DNA of 64,000 bases from Podarcis cretensis (taxonomy: Eukaryota), in assembly GCA_951804945.1 (NCBI GenBank), contig OX638162.1, positions 29,698,001 through 29,762,000 of the forward strand. Direction: 5' to 3'. Below are positions 44,485 to 57,639 of this stretch, piece by piece (within the stretch, counting starts at the first letter, position 1; every line of letters starts with the position of its first letter). The position numbers and the translations under genes were made by a program. The notes below the pieces were generated by a model that saw only the letters and a list, made by a program, of their open reading frames with translations, searched no databases and was not told the origin of the DNA.

Positions 44485-45830
44485 GCTTCCCTGGATGAAC
44501 AAAGGCGCCCCTCCAGGAACCAACCGCCTTATAGGTCTCCATGCGCATCCCGCCATTGTCCACGAGAGGGCGCTGCTCCCTCGCTCCGTGGCGGCGCCAC
44601 TTGCTTTCACCTTCGGGAATCCCTTCGCTTAATTCCTCATTCTGTAAAATCCTCCCTGCAGGAGCGCCCCCTGGAGGCCATTGATCGAGTTGCATAAGGA
44701 AATGGAAGGGAGCGGTCTCTGCCCGCAAGCGGCTTACAGTCATGCTAATAGGCAGCAGGGAATGCTATGGGCGGGGGAGGGGAAGGATTTGAACTCGACC
44801 CAACCTGGGAGCGGGGAGGAAGCCAAAATCGGGGGGCGGGGCTCCTGCTGCTGTCCTCAGTGCAGCCCTGGGGCTGCCGCTACTCGCTGGTCCGAGCGGT
44901 GGTCAGAAGGGAATCCCGCTCCCCCATGCCAAGAATCAGCCCCGCACCTCTCCCTCTTCCACTTCCCCTGGTAGAGATTAACGCGCGCCTTGCTCGTTTC
45001 CTCCACTGATTTGGCCAGGAACCGACAACGGGGGGCGCAGGGGGTCTCTATTGCTGTTTGAAAGGGACCTTCTTTTGCAGCATCTTCGGCTGACCGGGGT
45101 GAGGATCGTGCTTACCTGGCAGAGGGGTAGGAGGCGATTCTGTCCAGGGGGGCTGGGTGACATTTCGGGGTCCCGCCCCCTCCCCAGCCTCCGACCAGCC
45201 CGCCACACCCCCGCATCTGCATTGTGTGGACCCCTCCCCGTATTCAACCCCCCCCATCTCCTCCCTTTCTTGATGTCACCAGTTGGTCTGGAAGCACCGC
45301 CCCGATCCCTCCCCCCACCCCGACGGCGCCCCGCGATTCCGGCACAGACAGGGAGGGACGCACCACAAAGAAAGGCGACGGCGGGCCACGGCAGAAGAGG
45401 CTGGGGCCGGGGAGAAGGGGTCGCGTCTGTGCAGGAGGTGAGAGAGAGAGAGGCGGGCGGGCCGGGGGTGTCTCTGCCTTCAAAGGCTGGCTCTGTGACG
45501 GGACTCATCCCCGAGACCTGTTAGCAGCCAAGACAGACAGTGCCTCTGCCCATGTGCCGAGAGTCTTTTATCCCGGCAGAGGCAGGGCAGGCGGAGGGAA
45601 GCCCCTCTTCCCTGGCACAATAGCGCGCCAGGAATTTTGCGCGCCCCCCCCCAGAGAAAGCCCCTGCAGTTATCATCGAAATTTAGCGTGGGAGCGGCAG
45701 AAGCTTTCTATATAGCTAAAGGGCTTCCGAGATTTGGGGGGGGGGGGTGTATGGCCGTCTGAATGGCTCTTTTCAACATTGGAGGCTTGCAAGTGATGGC
45801 CCCTCTGGCGCGCCCCCCCCCCCAAGTTTA
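44485..45830. promoter_or_regulatory. Orphan CpG island with CTCF-like motifs
   Basis: CpG-rich with no recognisable CDS; CCACGAGAGGGCGCTG (+, 44560) and TGGCCTCCAGGGGGCGCT (-, 44680-44663). Confidence 0.65.
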
Positions 45831-48519
45831 GCCTTAGGCTGGGGATGTGACAACCAACAGAGCTTGTAACAGAGCTGGGACTGACCCCTCCTGAACTCTG
45901 GGGTTCAGCCGTGGCCCTTTGGCAAGCAAAACAACCTGATGCCCACGTGCCCCACCCATCTCAGCAAGGCGCTGGACCAGACCCCGTCACCACACAGCCA
46001 GCCCTCAAGGGCCACCCTGAGGCAAGAGAGGAAGGCATCACAAGCGGGGTTCTAATGGCCCCCGCTCACCATATCGCCTGCATTTGCAAAACCCTTCATC
46101 TGCTGTTCCCCCACACCAGGCTGTGCTGCCAATCTGGGCACCCATTATCAAATGTTTGTATCTGTCTTGGATAGAGCATGCTTGCCAACTCAGATTTTGC
46201 CACAGAAGCTGTGAACAAAGTGCATTTCGGAAGGACTGTCTGCCACAGGGGGGCGGCGGAGAGAGAAAGAGAAAAGGAGGGAGGGAAAGAGAGAGACTGT
46301 ACCCCCAGAACCCTAGGAGAGCACCTGCTTTATAGGAACATATTTTTTAATTGCTTTTATATTCAATCTTGTTCTCCAGTGAGTTCAAGGTAGTGTATAT
46401 GGTTCACTCCTCCTCAATTAATTCTCTCAAACTTGAGGCCCTGTCTGTTGTTGGACTACAACTCCCATCATTCATAGCTAGAGCACCTGTGGTCAGGGAT
46501 GATGGAAGTTGTAGTCCAACAACAGATTAGTGTGTCAGACTAGGACCCCGGGAAACCAAGGTTCAAATCCCCATGAAGCTCATTGGGCCAGGTACTGTCT
46601 ATCAACACATGGTTGTTGTGGATCAGGGATCCACATGCACACCACCTTGAGCTCCTTGGAGGAAAAGCTGGGATAGAAATGCAATAAACAAATACCAGTC
46701 ATCCCCAAAACCTCTTTCCTGTTGTACCAGCTGCCCATGTTGCAGAGAACTTTGCACTTCCTGTCAGTGGACCATGACATCTTGAGAGCTTCAGGCTGGG
46801 GGAGGCTGAGACTGACCACATCTTTCAACTATTCCGACTTGGTTGAGAATTTTCATATTTAAAACCTTATTTCCTTCTCCCCCTCTCCTAGGTCCATTCT
46901 GAAAGCCCCAGCTGACCTCAGCATCGCTGGCCTCCCGGCCAGGTGAAACTAGTTCCTTGCATCTTCGCACCCATGCCAGCTGCTCAGAGCTGAAGGAGGT
47001 GAGTGTCAGCTCAGCCTGTCAGCTCATGTGCTTCCTTTATGAGATGAAGGATTGACAAATGGGCAAAGAAGTCAAAGCAGCTGCCAGCCAAGAGGGTATT
47101 TGGCATCTTCTGGAAAAGGCTGGGCAATCAATGAGGGAACCTGCCTGCAAAAAAGGTTCCCCCCCAATGAATTTGGGGCCTTTCTTGGCCAAGTGCCATT
47201 ATGTGAACCCCAACCTACAATAGTGGGACCCACCAGGGTTATTGGGGAGGGCTTCCCCTGGTGTCATGTGGTGGGAGGCAGCTCACGACCACATATCTTT
47301 CTTTCTGACAATATCCAGCTATTTAAGGGTAGTGTGTGTGTTGGGAGGGGGGAAGGGAGAAGGGATTGGGAGTCACCATGTTTTTAGGGTGGCAGACATT
47401 TTCTTCCTTCTCTCCAACCTCCCCACCAAAATGTTTGAGAACAACTCAACTTCCACCAGGGCATCAACGGAAATAAAGGAAGTAGCCTGGAACCACCAGG
47501 TCAGAGTATTTTCCCCTTGGCTTTATTGGAAACTAGAAGCAGGGAGGAGTGTCTGTGGTGGTGATGATTTATTAATTTATATACCGCGTAGATGCCAAAA
47601 CGGTTTCTAAGCAGTTTACAAAACCAATATGCAGAGTACACAGCGGCATCAAAACACCCTTAATTTGAATTTACAATGAAACAAACAATTTAGAAAGCAT
47701 GACAATGAAAGACAGTTTGAAAAAAAGCAGTGAAAACAATAAAACCACAAGTTCAAGTTCAGGGAAAGGCTTACCAAAGCAGGTGTGTAACCAGGTGGTG
47801 GCAGAATGCCAACGGTAATGGGGTGTCTCGAATTTCATCAGAGAAGGCATTCCACAACACTGGTGCCACCAGCAAAAAAATTAAATAAATCCCAACCTCT
47901 CTGTTACCACAAGCCGATAATCATGAGATTGTGGGCCCTGCTGTGGTGCTGATGGCCTGGCATTTGCCCGTGGGAGCTACCTTACAGAATTGCTGTTTTG
48001 TTTTATGTGGCTGAATCTCTCCCTCTCCACCTGCCTTTGTTTCTGCCACCCTTGGTGCCCTCCAGGAACTGGCAGCAGCCATGACTGCACAACCCTCTGT
48101 GGGAATGCTGTGACCTTAGGGGGGCGGATTCTAACATCAGTTGCAGTTGCAAAGAGGAACAGCCTCCCTGGCAGCCTGCTTGCACTCTTTGGGGTAATCA
48201 GTGGCCCTTGCTGGGTCTCTCTGCCATGGGAGGAGGGCACAGAGCATCTTGATTGAGTCAGCGTGGCTTAGGACATGGCTCCTCTGAGCTGCTCCCCACA
48301 TGCATGCTGACAGTACTGGGCAAGGAAGAGGCAACCCAAGAAGGCACTTGCTCATGTGTGTCCCAGCCAGCCTGGTTGGCAGTGACTGGGGAGAGTTTTT
48401 TCTCCCAGGGAGGAGAGGGGGCATCTGAAGGTCTACATTGGGTCATCCGACTGGACCAGTGGCTGGTTCTTGCTTCAGTATTAGCACCCAGCACTGCAGT
48501 GGGTCACACCCACCCCATA

Positions 48520-48636
48520 CACATTGAAAGTGCATGGTTTTCCCCAAAGAATCCTGTAGTTATCCTCAGAGAGCTACAATTCTCAGCACCCTTAAACTGT
48601 AGGATTCTTTGGGGAGAGTCATGCACTTTCAATGTG
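48520..48636. repeat. Palindromic MITE-like inverted repeat (~40-bp arms)
   Basis: CACATTGAAAGTGCATG..CCCCAAAGAATCCT pairs with AGGATTCTTTGGGG..CATGCACTTTCAATGTG. Confidence 0.85.
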
Positions 48637-51059
48637 GGAGAGTCCCTGAGGGCAGGCAGTGGTGGAGGGGGTGCAGCAGGTCATATGGCACATGGTGGTC
48701 TGTCTCCCAATACTTTGCAGGGGCTCAGTCTCCCCCACCCCCAATACAGCACCTGGATCCTATATAGGCAACAGGGCATGGGCTTGCCCTTCCCTTGTCT
48801 GAAGGCTGAAAGGGCCAGTGCTGAGCTCCTACCCAGCTTCTACAGGCTGGTCTCCCAGCTGCCTGCCCCTGCCTGCAACCAGATCTGGGCCCTGCCCTGA
48901 GCTAGGAGATCAAATGACACCATTGATTGTGTGCTTTATCAGCTGGCTTCCAAAAAGATCCCTTCCTCCCAGATCCCAGGGCACGACAATAGACCTGGGC
49001 CAAGCAAAGCTGGCTGGCTGCATTTTTCTCAGGCCCAGAGGTCTCCTGTGGGTGGGCAGCCAGCCAGCTAGCTAGCCACCTGGGCAGCCACCTGGAATCT
49101 CAGCCTCCAGGCTTCCTTTCCTAATGTCTGGAAGTGGAGGAGAATCCAAGAGAAGGCTCAGCAGGGGACTAACTGCCTTTTTGATAGGGAAGGAGTGCAT
49201 GCACACTTTGACATTTGCCCTCCCAGCCAACAGGAGGCTCCCCAAGGTGCTAGTCCACAACAAGCAAGGAGCCCTAGCACGGGGGTGTGGCTGTGAGGTC
49301 TGTAGATGGAAGAAAAGGACCCAAGCCCACAAGGGCGCCTCCTTACTCCAGGCATGGGTGGCCAGCTCCCCCCCCCCCATTTATCCATTGCCTCTGCCCA
49401 GTTGAATTGATGCAGTTGTTTCAGTGGTGGGGTTGTGTAACGATAAACAGTGTTAGAAACCCACCTGCCGCTGGAGATGCCTGAGCACCTCTGCAAGCAA
49501 AGTGCAGGATTGCAAAGGGAAGGGCAGAAGCGCTGGGCTGTTTGGCTTCAAGCCCTCTACCCCCTCCTCTCTCCCAGCCACTGGCTGCCCTTGGAGAGCT
49601 TTGCTCCTTCCTTCCATCTCTCAGCCCAGGAAAGGGGAGTCCTGGGGTGAAGTTGGCCTCTCTCCCAAGCTGCTTTTGTCCTGGCTGCCAGGGCTTTGCC
49701 TCCCTCCTTTTGCAATGGGTGCTGCTGCTTGGGACCAATCCAGAGCCACATCTTGGCCACCCTCCCTCTGGGAAGAGGAAAACAGCCACTGCCTTTCCTC
49801 CTCCCCCACTTCCTCCCCCGCCTCTCTCTCTCTCCCCCACTTCGCTCCACTGGGCCCCTGATCCTCCCCGTGCTGATGCCAATGCTCATTGACCCACCAC
49901 CTCGACCCTTGCTAGTTCCCGGGGCCATTCTCTCATGCTCCTCCGTTGCCATGGCAAACCAAGTGGCAGGCATTCATCACGGGTTGCCGTGGTTACTGCT
50001 GGACGGATGCAGCGGAGGAGGTCCTCAAGGGGTCTCCTGAGCAGAGTCCCACCTGGACCCTCTTCATCCTCCTCTCCCTCCTGACAGCTGTGTTTGGGAG
50101 GAAAGAAGCCTGCTCAACTGTCCCAGCGCCCCAAAGAAGGGGAATCAGGGGGAATCCTTTTTGTTTAGGGCCAAGCCTGTGCATTGAAACCCTCCCCCAT
50201 CTCCTCGAGTGCTTGCTCCTCTTGCTGCACAGTTTGTTTTCCTAAAGTGAGGGGAGAGGTGATGGTTCTGTATACTCCCTTTTTGTGCAAAGACAGGGTG
50301 TGGATGGGCCCCTGCCAGGGCTCCCAGTGTCATAATTTCCCTGGAAGAGTTTAGAGAGCAAATATCTGCGCTGAGTTCAAGGCAAGAGTGGGAGATCTTC
50401 CTTTCTGAAAGTCACGTGGCGGTTCCTGCCATGATTCTCAGGAACTGCATTATATGTGAACTGGAAGGCCACAGGAGCCATGTTCTCTGCCACAAGCATG
50501 TCTCCCTCTCTGCTTCTCCCTTTAAGATGCAAAGGCTGAATGCTGGGCATGAGCAAATGATTCCTTCGCCACCATCCTTGGCAGAGCTGCCACTACCCAC
50601 TGGAAGGGGTGGGGGACTTAAATGCAGGCAATGCCAAAAGATTTCTCCTTCAGACAGGGCTTCCCAGAGCTCAGGGGGCTTCTTAATTCTTAGAACCACC
50701 CCACAAGGGTGCTGTGGTTGCTGGAAGTGGAAGGGAAGTAGAAAGAGGGGGGGGGGATAGAGTTCTGTGCATAGGTGACTTGGGGATTCTCATTTCCTAA
50801 AGTACAGCCTCTATTTGTTCGAAGTGATGGTATCCCACCCTTTGCTTCAGCTCTAAAACCTCTCAGGGCAACTGACTTGTGAAATGAAAGCTAATGGAGT
50901 ACGGTATTTTTTTTTTTTTTGCTGTGGTTGGGGATACACACATCTCAGGCCTGCTGGGTCAGCATCTGGAGCCTTGCAGGGTCTGCCATGACCAGTTGGC
51001 TTTGCATTTTGCTGATGAAAGTGACTGCCTGTTCATTCCTGTGCCCAGTTCAAGGTGCT

Positions 51060-51455
51060 GGTTTTGGTCTTCAAGGTCTTAAACCATTTAGGACCAGGTT
51101 ACCTGTAGGGCTGTTTGCCCACCTGAACGTTGAGATCAGCGCCTGAAGTCCTGAGGTCTGGCTTGCCAGTAGGAGAGGTTAGATTGGTGGGCAGCAGGGA
51201 CAGGGCCTTTTGAGTGGAGATCCCACATCTCTGGAAGCCTCTCTCCAGGGAGAGATGTACATCTTGGACACTGATAGCCTTTAAGGAAGCTCTGAAGATG
51301 TTTCTGTTCCAGCCTGTGTTTGATTATTTCATATGCTGTGCTTGAATTTCTTTTAAAATTAGTGGTTCTATTGAAATTGCTGCTGTCTTTATGAGCTTAA
51401 AACAGCATGTGAACAACTTTTAGAAGGTGGGTTATAAATATTTGAATAAATAAAA
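51060..51455 (+). mobile_element. L2 LINE 3' relic
   Basis: GGGACAGGGCCTTT...CTGAAGA..TTTCTGTT pattern; AATAAATAAA tail. Confidence 0.55.
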
Positions 51456-51681
51456 ACTCAAAATACAGCACAACAATACAACACATACCATCTTTAGGCA
51501 TTACTGCCCTGAAGAAGCAGCACACACATAATGGAAGAGCACTACCAAATCATTGCTCAGCTCCTTCTAGCTTCTCCCTCGTTTGACTGCTATGCAAGGA
51601 GCTTCCTGTGCTCATGGAGGCTCCCCACATATGCTCCTCCAGTGCAGGAGGCTTCCTGCATCAGAAGGAAGGGACTAAATA

Positions 51682-51923
51682 CACTGGTACCTCTGGTTAC
51701 GTACTTAATTTGTTCCGGAGGTCCGTTCTTAACCTGAAACTACTCTTAATCTGAAGCACCACTTTAGCTAATGGGGCCTCCCGCTGCTGCCGCGCTGCTG
51801 GAGCACAATTTCTGTTCTCATCCTGAAGCAAAGTTCTTAACCCGAGGTACTATTTCTGGGCTAGCGGAGTCTGTAACCTGAAGTGTCTGTAACCTGAAGC
51901 ATATGTAACCCGAGGTACCACTG
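51682..51923 (-). mobile_element. Tc1/mariner (Tigger-like) MITE
   Basis: TIRs and flanking TA; inverted homologue of 32723-32930. Confidence 0.9.
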
Positions 51924-53346
51924 TAGTGCCTGAAGAGGACTTCAGTTAAAACCAGCTCCAAAATATGTTGGGTGAGCAATAAGAGCATCTTTGCCTGCCA
52001 CCCAAAGGACATCAGCACTAGATGAGAGTCTTGGTTGCAGATGCTGAGGTGGGCACTGCACTGGGTCCTCTCTCTCTCTCCACAATTCCCACCCACCAGA
52101 CTTCAGAGGGCTTCTACTGGACGGCTCAGGTGACAGTCATAAAGTCCAGGTGGGCTTATCTGTGAGGAGGAGGAAAGATCCACAGCTGTGCTTGCCTGAT
52201 ATTGCAAAGCTGCTATTACATAAAAGCCCCCAGGGTGGCTTCCAACAGTATAATTGAAAACAGACACACGTAGCAATAAATATAAAACCAGCAGTAATAA
52301 AAAAGAAAGCAGCAAAACAAAACAAAAACCCATAGCCAGTTTACAGCTTAAAGCTGTAAGGAAATGCAGAAGTCCTTTGCCTGGCACTGAGATGACATCA
52401 GGCCTTTAATGGGCAGCACTTTGAATTGTGCCCAGAAATGGATGGGCAGCAGCCTGGTGGCCACGGGTCCTCTCTAGAGCCAGTCCCAGCCCAACAGCTG
52501 CATTTTGTCCTGACATTTCTGGGGAACCTTCCAAGGCAGGCAAGCAGGCCCATGTGCACCGCAGATTGCAGCTGTGGTTTAAGCTAGGAAGCTTCAGCTC
52601 TCTAATTATTCTTGATGGAGGGGTTGAGTTCTAGTCTGAAGAACATCAGAAGAGCCTGCCTGCAGCAGCTGGGTCACACCACAGGTTCACCTAGTTCTCT
52701 GTCTTGTTCCAAACCAATGCGGAACTCATAAGCAAGCAGGTCCTGAGCCCTCCTTTGCACTGGGCAGCACATTCCGTTTGGAAGCAGAGCAGAGCTGCAC
52801 ACTGGCATCTTAAAGCTTATGTGATGCAGGATTAGGCTTCCCAGGTCACCTTCTGAAAGGCAGAGGGCTCGGCCTAAAAGTGCACCCAGGGCAGAGGCAG
52901 AAGAACCTTCAGAAACCATCTAGTCAATAGCATATTAAAGAAGAAGAAAAAACTGGCACACAATTAAAGCATTAAGAATTAAAAATAAACATGTCCAAAC
53001 AAGCTGACCAGGAAACTCAGGTCAGTACAGGGGTTGCCATTTGCAAGTCAAGGCCCATAGAACTTTCTATTGTTTGTTACAGCTTTTGTACAGCCATAGA
53101 CAAGGAATTAATCCGTTTATTCTTAGGTGAAACACTTTATATACAAAAAAACTCTAAAATATTAAACCAGACAATTCAGCAACAGACAAAAGACAGGAAA
53201 CGCATTCAGCTAATATTATAGTCGCCATTTTAATTTGTTGTCTGTTGTTTGTTTAACAAATATAGATATATAGGATGCTCAATCAAGTGGTCCCCCACCT
53301 CTGCCCCACCCCAAACCATGGGTCTTGGCATCAGGATCAGCATGGG

Positions 53347-53707
53347 TAAAAGGTAAAGGTACCCCTGCCCGTACGGGCCAGTCTTGACAGACTCTGGGGT
53401 TGTGCGCCCATCTCACTTAAGAGGCCAGGGGCCAGCGCTGTCCGGAGACACTTCCGGGTCACGTGGCCAGCGTGACATCGCTGCTCTGGCGAGCCAGAGC
53501 TGCACACGGAAACGCCGTTTACCTTCCCGCTGGTAAGCGGTCCCTATTTATCTACTTGCACCCGGAGGTGCTTTCGAACTGCTAGGTTGGCAGGCGCTGG
53601 GACCGAGCAGCGGGAGCGCACCCCGCCGCAGGGATTCGAACCGCCGACCTTTCGATCGGCAAGTCCTAGGCGCTGAGGCTTTAACCCACAGCGCCACCTG
53701 CGTCCCT
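53347..53707 (-). mobile_element. Sauria SINE (Squam1), full length with TSD
   Basis: 11-bp TSD ATCAGCATGGG (53336-53346, 53708-53718); A/B boxes; ACCTTT tail. Confidence 0.93.
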
Positions 53708-53922
53708 ATCAGCATGGGAGAGTTCCTCAATAAATAGTTACTGTGGAAACTGGAGGGGCAAGAAAGACTAGTGGGCATCAATGGAGCTGAATGTTGGGAG
53801 ACTGAAGACAGATAAGAAAAAGCACTTCTTCATGCAGTGCTTAGTCAAACTACAGAAATTGCTCCCACAGGAGGCAGTGATGGCCACCAACCCAGACTGC
53901 GGTAAAAGAGGGTTGACTATTT

Positions 53923-54076
53923 TGGGAGAGGGGAGACTGCAGCACTGGGGAGCGGGCAGGCTGGCGAGGCCCCCTAGACTTAGAGGCCTGCCCTCACATG
54001 AAGTCTTGGGTTTGCAATTTTGGGAGAGAGGAGACTGAGGCACTGGGGAGAGGGCAGGCTGGTGAGGCCCCCTAAG
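53923..54076. repeat. Imperfect ~55-bp direct repeat
   Basis: GGGAGAG..GAGACTG..GCACTGGGG..GGGCAGGCTGG.GAGGCCCCCTA at 53923 and 54021. Confidence 0.8.
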
Positions 54077-54929
54077 TAGGCTTCAGCCTATACATAAATC
54101 TGGCACTGCCACTGGGACATGATAATCTTTAAGGCTCCACCCTCCAAGGCAGATGCAGTCTGTGTTAAGAGATTTAGCTCATTCAGGATAAGATTTTACA
54201 TAAACAAAATCAAGGAAAGGGGTGTGATCCCTGCTCGGGAGTGTTGTAATGATGGTGTTGATATTTCATGTTTTACTTCCACCCTGCTGGTGGAGAGAGA
54301 GGCGTTCAGTGGTCCCTGACCCAGGCAGCTGTTAGGGTGGACTCTCAGCCATTCACTGCTGATGCACCAGAGGGAGTTGCAACCCAGGAGGAGAAGGAGG
54401 TCAGACTGGGCAGAGCCAGGTGCTCAGGGAAGGCTCAGAGCAGCGGGCCAGTTGCCAGGGGAACAGGCAGGAGCCTGTTGCAGGCCTGCCTCTCTGAGGC
54501 TGCCCTGCTGGTTGGCCCCACAGCCTGTGTGTCTCTCCCTCTCTGTTTGCCAGCCCTGCCTGGGCGCTCTGCCAGGGCAGGGTGGGCACGGTGCCCAGGA
54601 GAGCATGGAGATTAGCCCAGAGTTCAACAATGCCCACAGGGCAGAGGAGCTGCCAGGGAGGTCTGGCCCAGTGCGGGGGGCATGCGGACACTTCCACCCC
54701 TTGCTTCTCCCCAGTGGGGTGTTCTTGAGATGCCCCCATTCAGCTTAGCTCCTGGGAGAAGCAGGCATGGAGCCCAAGGAAGAGTTGGAAGGAGAGGGGG
54801 GTGGAGGTGGGGCTGTCTTTGTCATAGTGCCCCGGAGGGAGGGAGGTTGCCTTGGGCCCAAGAGACTCTTTTGTTTTGGGCTGCAGTTTTGGGGTTGGCG
54901 GGGGGGGGGGACCCATGGGTGCTAAAGCT

Positions 54930-55740
54930 GTCGCGTGCTTTGGTTCGACGGCACCGCCAGGCGAAGCCCCAACGAGGGTAGCTGCCTAGCTCGGGATTGG
55001 AGCTTCAGTTTTGGAGGGCGGGAGAGAGGAGGAGAAGGAGGAACCGCATGGGGGTGGTGCGGTTCTGGGAGAGATTAGCAAAGGGACGTTCAGGGCTGCT
55101 TTCAACGGCCGGGGAAAGATGTTGGGGCGGGGCCGGCCCTCGGAGCTTCACCCACATCTCCTCCTCCTCCCTTTCCCTCTCCCTCTCCCTCTCTCTCAGG
55201 TCCGGACCTGTCTCTTCCCGAGGGAGGGGGCGGAGGCGCGGCCACTCCCGCCCCGACGGGGGAGGAGGAACCAGAAAGAGCAGCAGTCCGAGCAGCTCCG
55301 AAGTTTTGCAACTTGATCCGCCTGCCTGCCTGGTCGAGCGAGCAAAGCCTCCGACGCTCCGCAGCCCGCCGCTGCTGCTGCCCAGGCCCCGCTCCCCTCG
55401 GACCCACTGCGCCATGGGGCTCCGGAAGTCGGCGCTGCTGCTGTTGGGAGCGCTCCTGGCTGCCGCTGCCGAAGAGGAGCCGGTGCCGCGCCTGAGTCTG
55501 CGCCTCGGTAAGCCTGAGAGGTCGGGGGCGGCCCAGCCACAGCGGAGGCCCCGTCGAGGGATGCTCCTGGCTGGGGAAACGGCGGGGGACCGGACCGACG
55601 CTGCTGTCTCGGCCTGCCCCTTCGGGGTCTGGTTGGTGGGGGGCGCTGATATTTCACGCTGCTGGTGGGGAGAAGGAGATCTCTGCAGGCTGATGGGGTG
55701 TTTTAGTATCTTACGGGGGCTCGAGGGCGTGGAGCCCAGG
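54930..55740 (+). promoter_or_regulatory. SEMA4B: CpG island / SEMA4B promoter
   Basis: CpG-dense; GC boxes ~55123 and ~55226. Confidence 0.75.
55414..55507 (+). CDS. SEMA4B: SEMA4B first coding exon (signal peptide); remainder lies outside the window
   Basis: Kozak GCCATGG; MGLRKSALLLLGALLAAAAEEEPVPRLSLRL(G) resembles recalled human MGLRS...PRISLPLG; donor G|GTAAGC; synteny with IDH2. Confidence 0.8.
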
Positions 55741-55920
55741 GTCTTTTCCTTCTGCTCTTTGTAAAGCACCTGGAATACTGACACCCCCCCCCCTAGAAAG
55801 GCTCCGTGAAGAGGTTTTCCCTTTGACCTTCTTCCTCGATGCCGCGAGGACTGCCATGGCACTTTTGGTCTCCCCATTGGTGTCGGAAGCCTTGAAAGGG
55901 GGCCACCAAGACCATCCAGC

Positions 55921-56046
55921 CTTTCTCAACCTTGGGTACCCAGATGTTTTTGGCCTACAACTCCCATCATCCCTGACCACTGGTCCTGTGAGCGAGGTAT
56001 CATGGGAGTTGTAGGCTAAAAACATCTGGGGACCCAAGGTTGAGAA
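55921..56046. mobile_element. Palindromic MITE (CTACAACTCCCA family)
   Basis: TTCTCAACCTTGGGT.CCCAGATGTTTT...AAAACATCTGGGGACCCAAGGTTGAGAA; related copies near 10830, 34590, 39030, 46440, 63530. Confidence 0.8.
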
Positions 56047-57639
56047 CCCAACCTTTCACCTTAGGAAAGGGTTCCTTGACTGGAGAGCAGTGCCGCTCCA
56101 TGAAATCAGGAGCTGGGCCTGATTTGGCCCATGGCCGGACTGGGTGGCCAGCATCCATATGAAAACTACACATGTCTTGCACCCTGGTGGGTGGGTGGCA
56201 TCAAAAGCATCCTGGCCAGGGCTTTGTTACCCTTGTTTTTCAGCCCATCTAGTGCCAACCCCCTTTGATCCATTGGGGGCTTTGGCCAGGGGCTCCTGAG
56301 CATGTCCCCAGGGAAACTGTGGCTTCGGACAGCTGATGTCTGTGTGGATGGGGTCTTTTGGAGCTGAAGGGGAGTCCAGCTGACCCTGCAGCAGTCCTGG
56401 GCTGAGCCTGAGAAGGGGGCTCCCTGTCCCCTGGGCACTGCCATTCATTGCCAGAGCAAGAGTAGCTGCCAGCCTCTCACATTCCAGGGGGTCCTACAGT
56501 GACTGCCCCAACATCTCTTGCTCCATAGGGCCTGGGCAGTGAAGGAGGTCCTTCCTCCCCTGGGAGGTCACTGCAACCACTTCTGTGGTCAGTCAAGGCC
56601 TCTGCTGCTACCCCAGATCCACAGCAGTCCCCTGCAGTCCCTACTCTCCCTGGGCTGTGTTTTTGTTGCTCCCCAGACCAGCAGGGGGCAGGAGGAAGAG
56701 AAGGAGGGACCTGAGCACCCTCCCTCTCTCAGGTTTGTCTGAAGGTGGCGGGACCTGCCCCAACAAGCTTTTCTGGCAACTGCATTTTGCTTCAGTGGAG
56801 CTGATGAAATAGAGGCTGGGTAGCTACTGGGGACCTCCAGAGATCTGGGGAAGGATTGGGGCCTTCTCCTGTGCATGTGCCAGCCAGGTGCCAGCTGCAG
56901 TGGGTGACCCGAATGGTCCCAACAGACTCACCTGTGGTCTCCCTGAAATACTTTCTTTTGTGAAAACCATTAATTATCATATGGGGAGATGGTTTATGGA
57001 GGGGATTAGTAGCAAATAACTGCTTAGAAAAATTGTGTATAAGACAAAACACCCATCTAGTGGGCAGACTTTGGGGTGGCTGCTATTTCCTCCGGCCTTG
57101 GTTGGGTGTGTGCGTGCAAGAAGCAACAAAGTGCTGTCTCAGCTTGCAGCTTGCTTCTTCCAACACAAGGCCAGGTGTGCAGGTTGAGTGGGTTTGAGGA
57201 AGAGGCACCTGTCCCTCCGACAGCTGCCACATCAAGTGACAACTTGCCCATAGGAAGCGCTTATCACAGGACACAGTCCTATGTGACCTCAAAAACCATC
57301 CCTTCTGATAAGGATGCTTCACAGGGCTTTGTTCAGGAATAAGCCACTGGGAAATGAGATGGGCTCACCTGGGTGCCTCTACCTGGAAACGCCTCTTGCT
57401 GACCAGGTAGAGGTTGGAGTTTGGAAGACTCTGCTCCCTCTTGCTGTTACTCCTCTCACAGGAGCCAGTTGGCCACTCCAGCAGTAAGGAAGACCTGTCA
57501 TGTCCTGGAGGACCCAAGCTGGAAGCATCTGCAGTCAGTTCAGACAAGCTGTTGCATCTCCTTCCCCCCCTTCCCACAGCTTGCAAGGGAAAGGGGGGCA
57601 GTTTTTTTCTAGCGAAGCTTCACAGTTTGAGGTTCAGGG

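Noticed and set aside
54997-55877. 255-aa (+) and 290-aa (-) ORFs
   Set aside because: Stop-poor CpG island; only 55414-55507 has Kozak, signal peptide and splice-donor support
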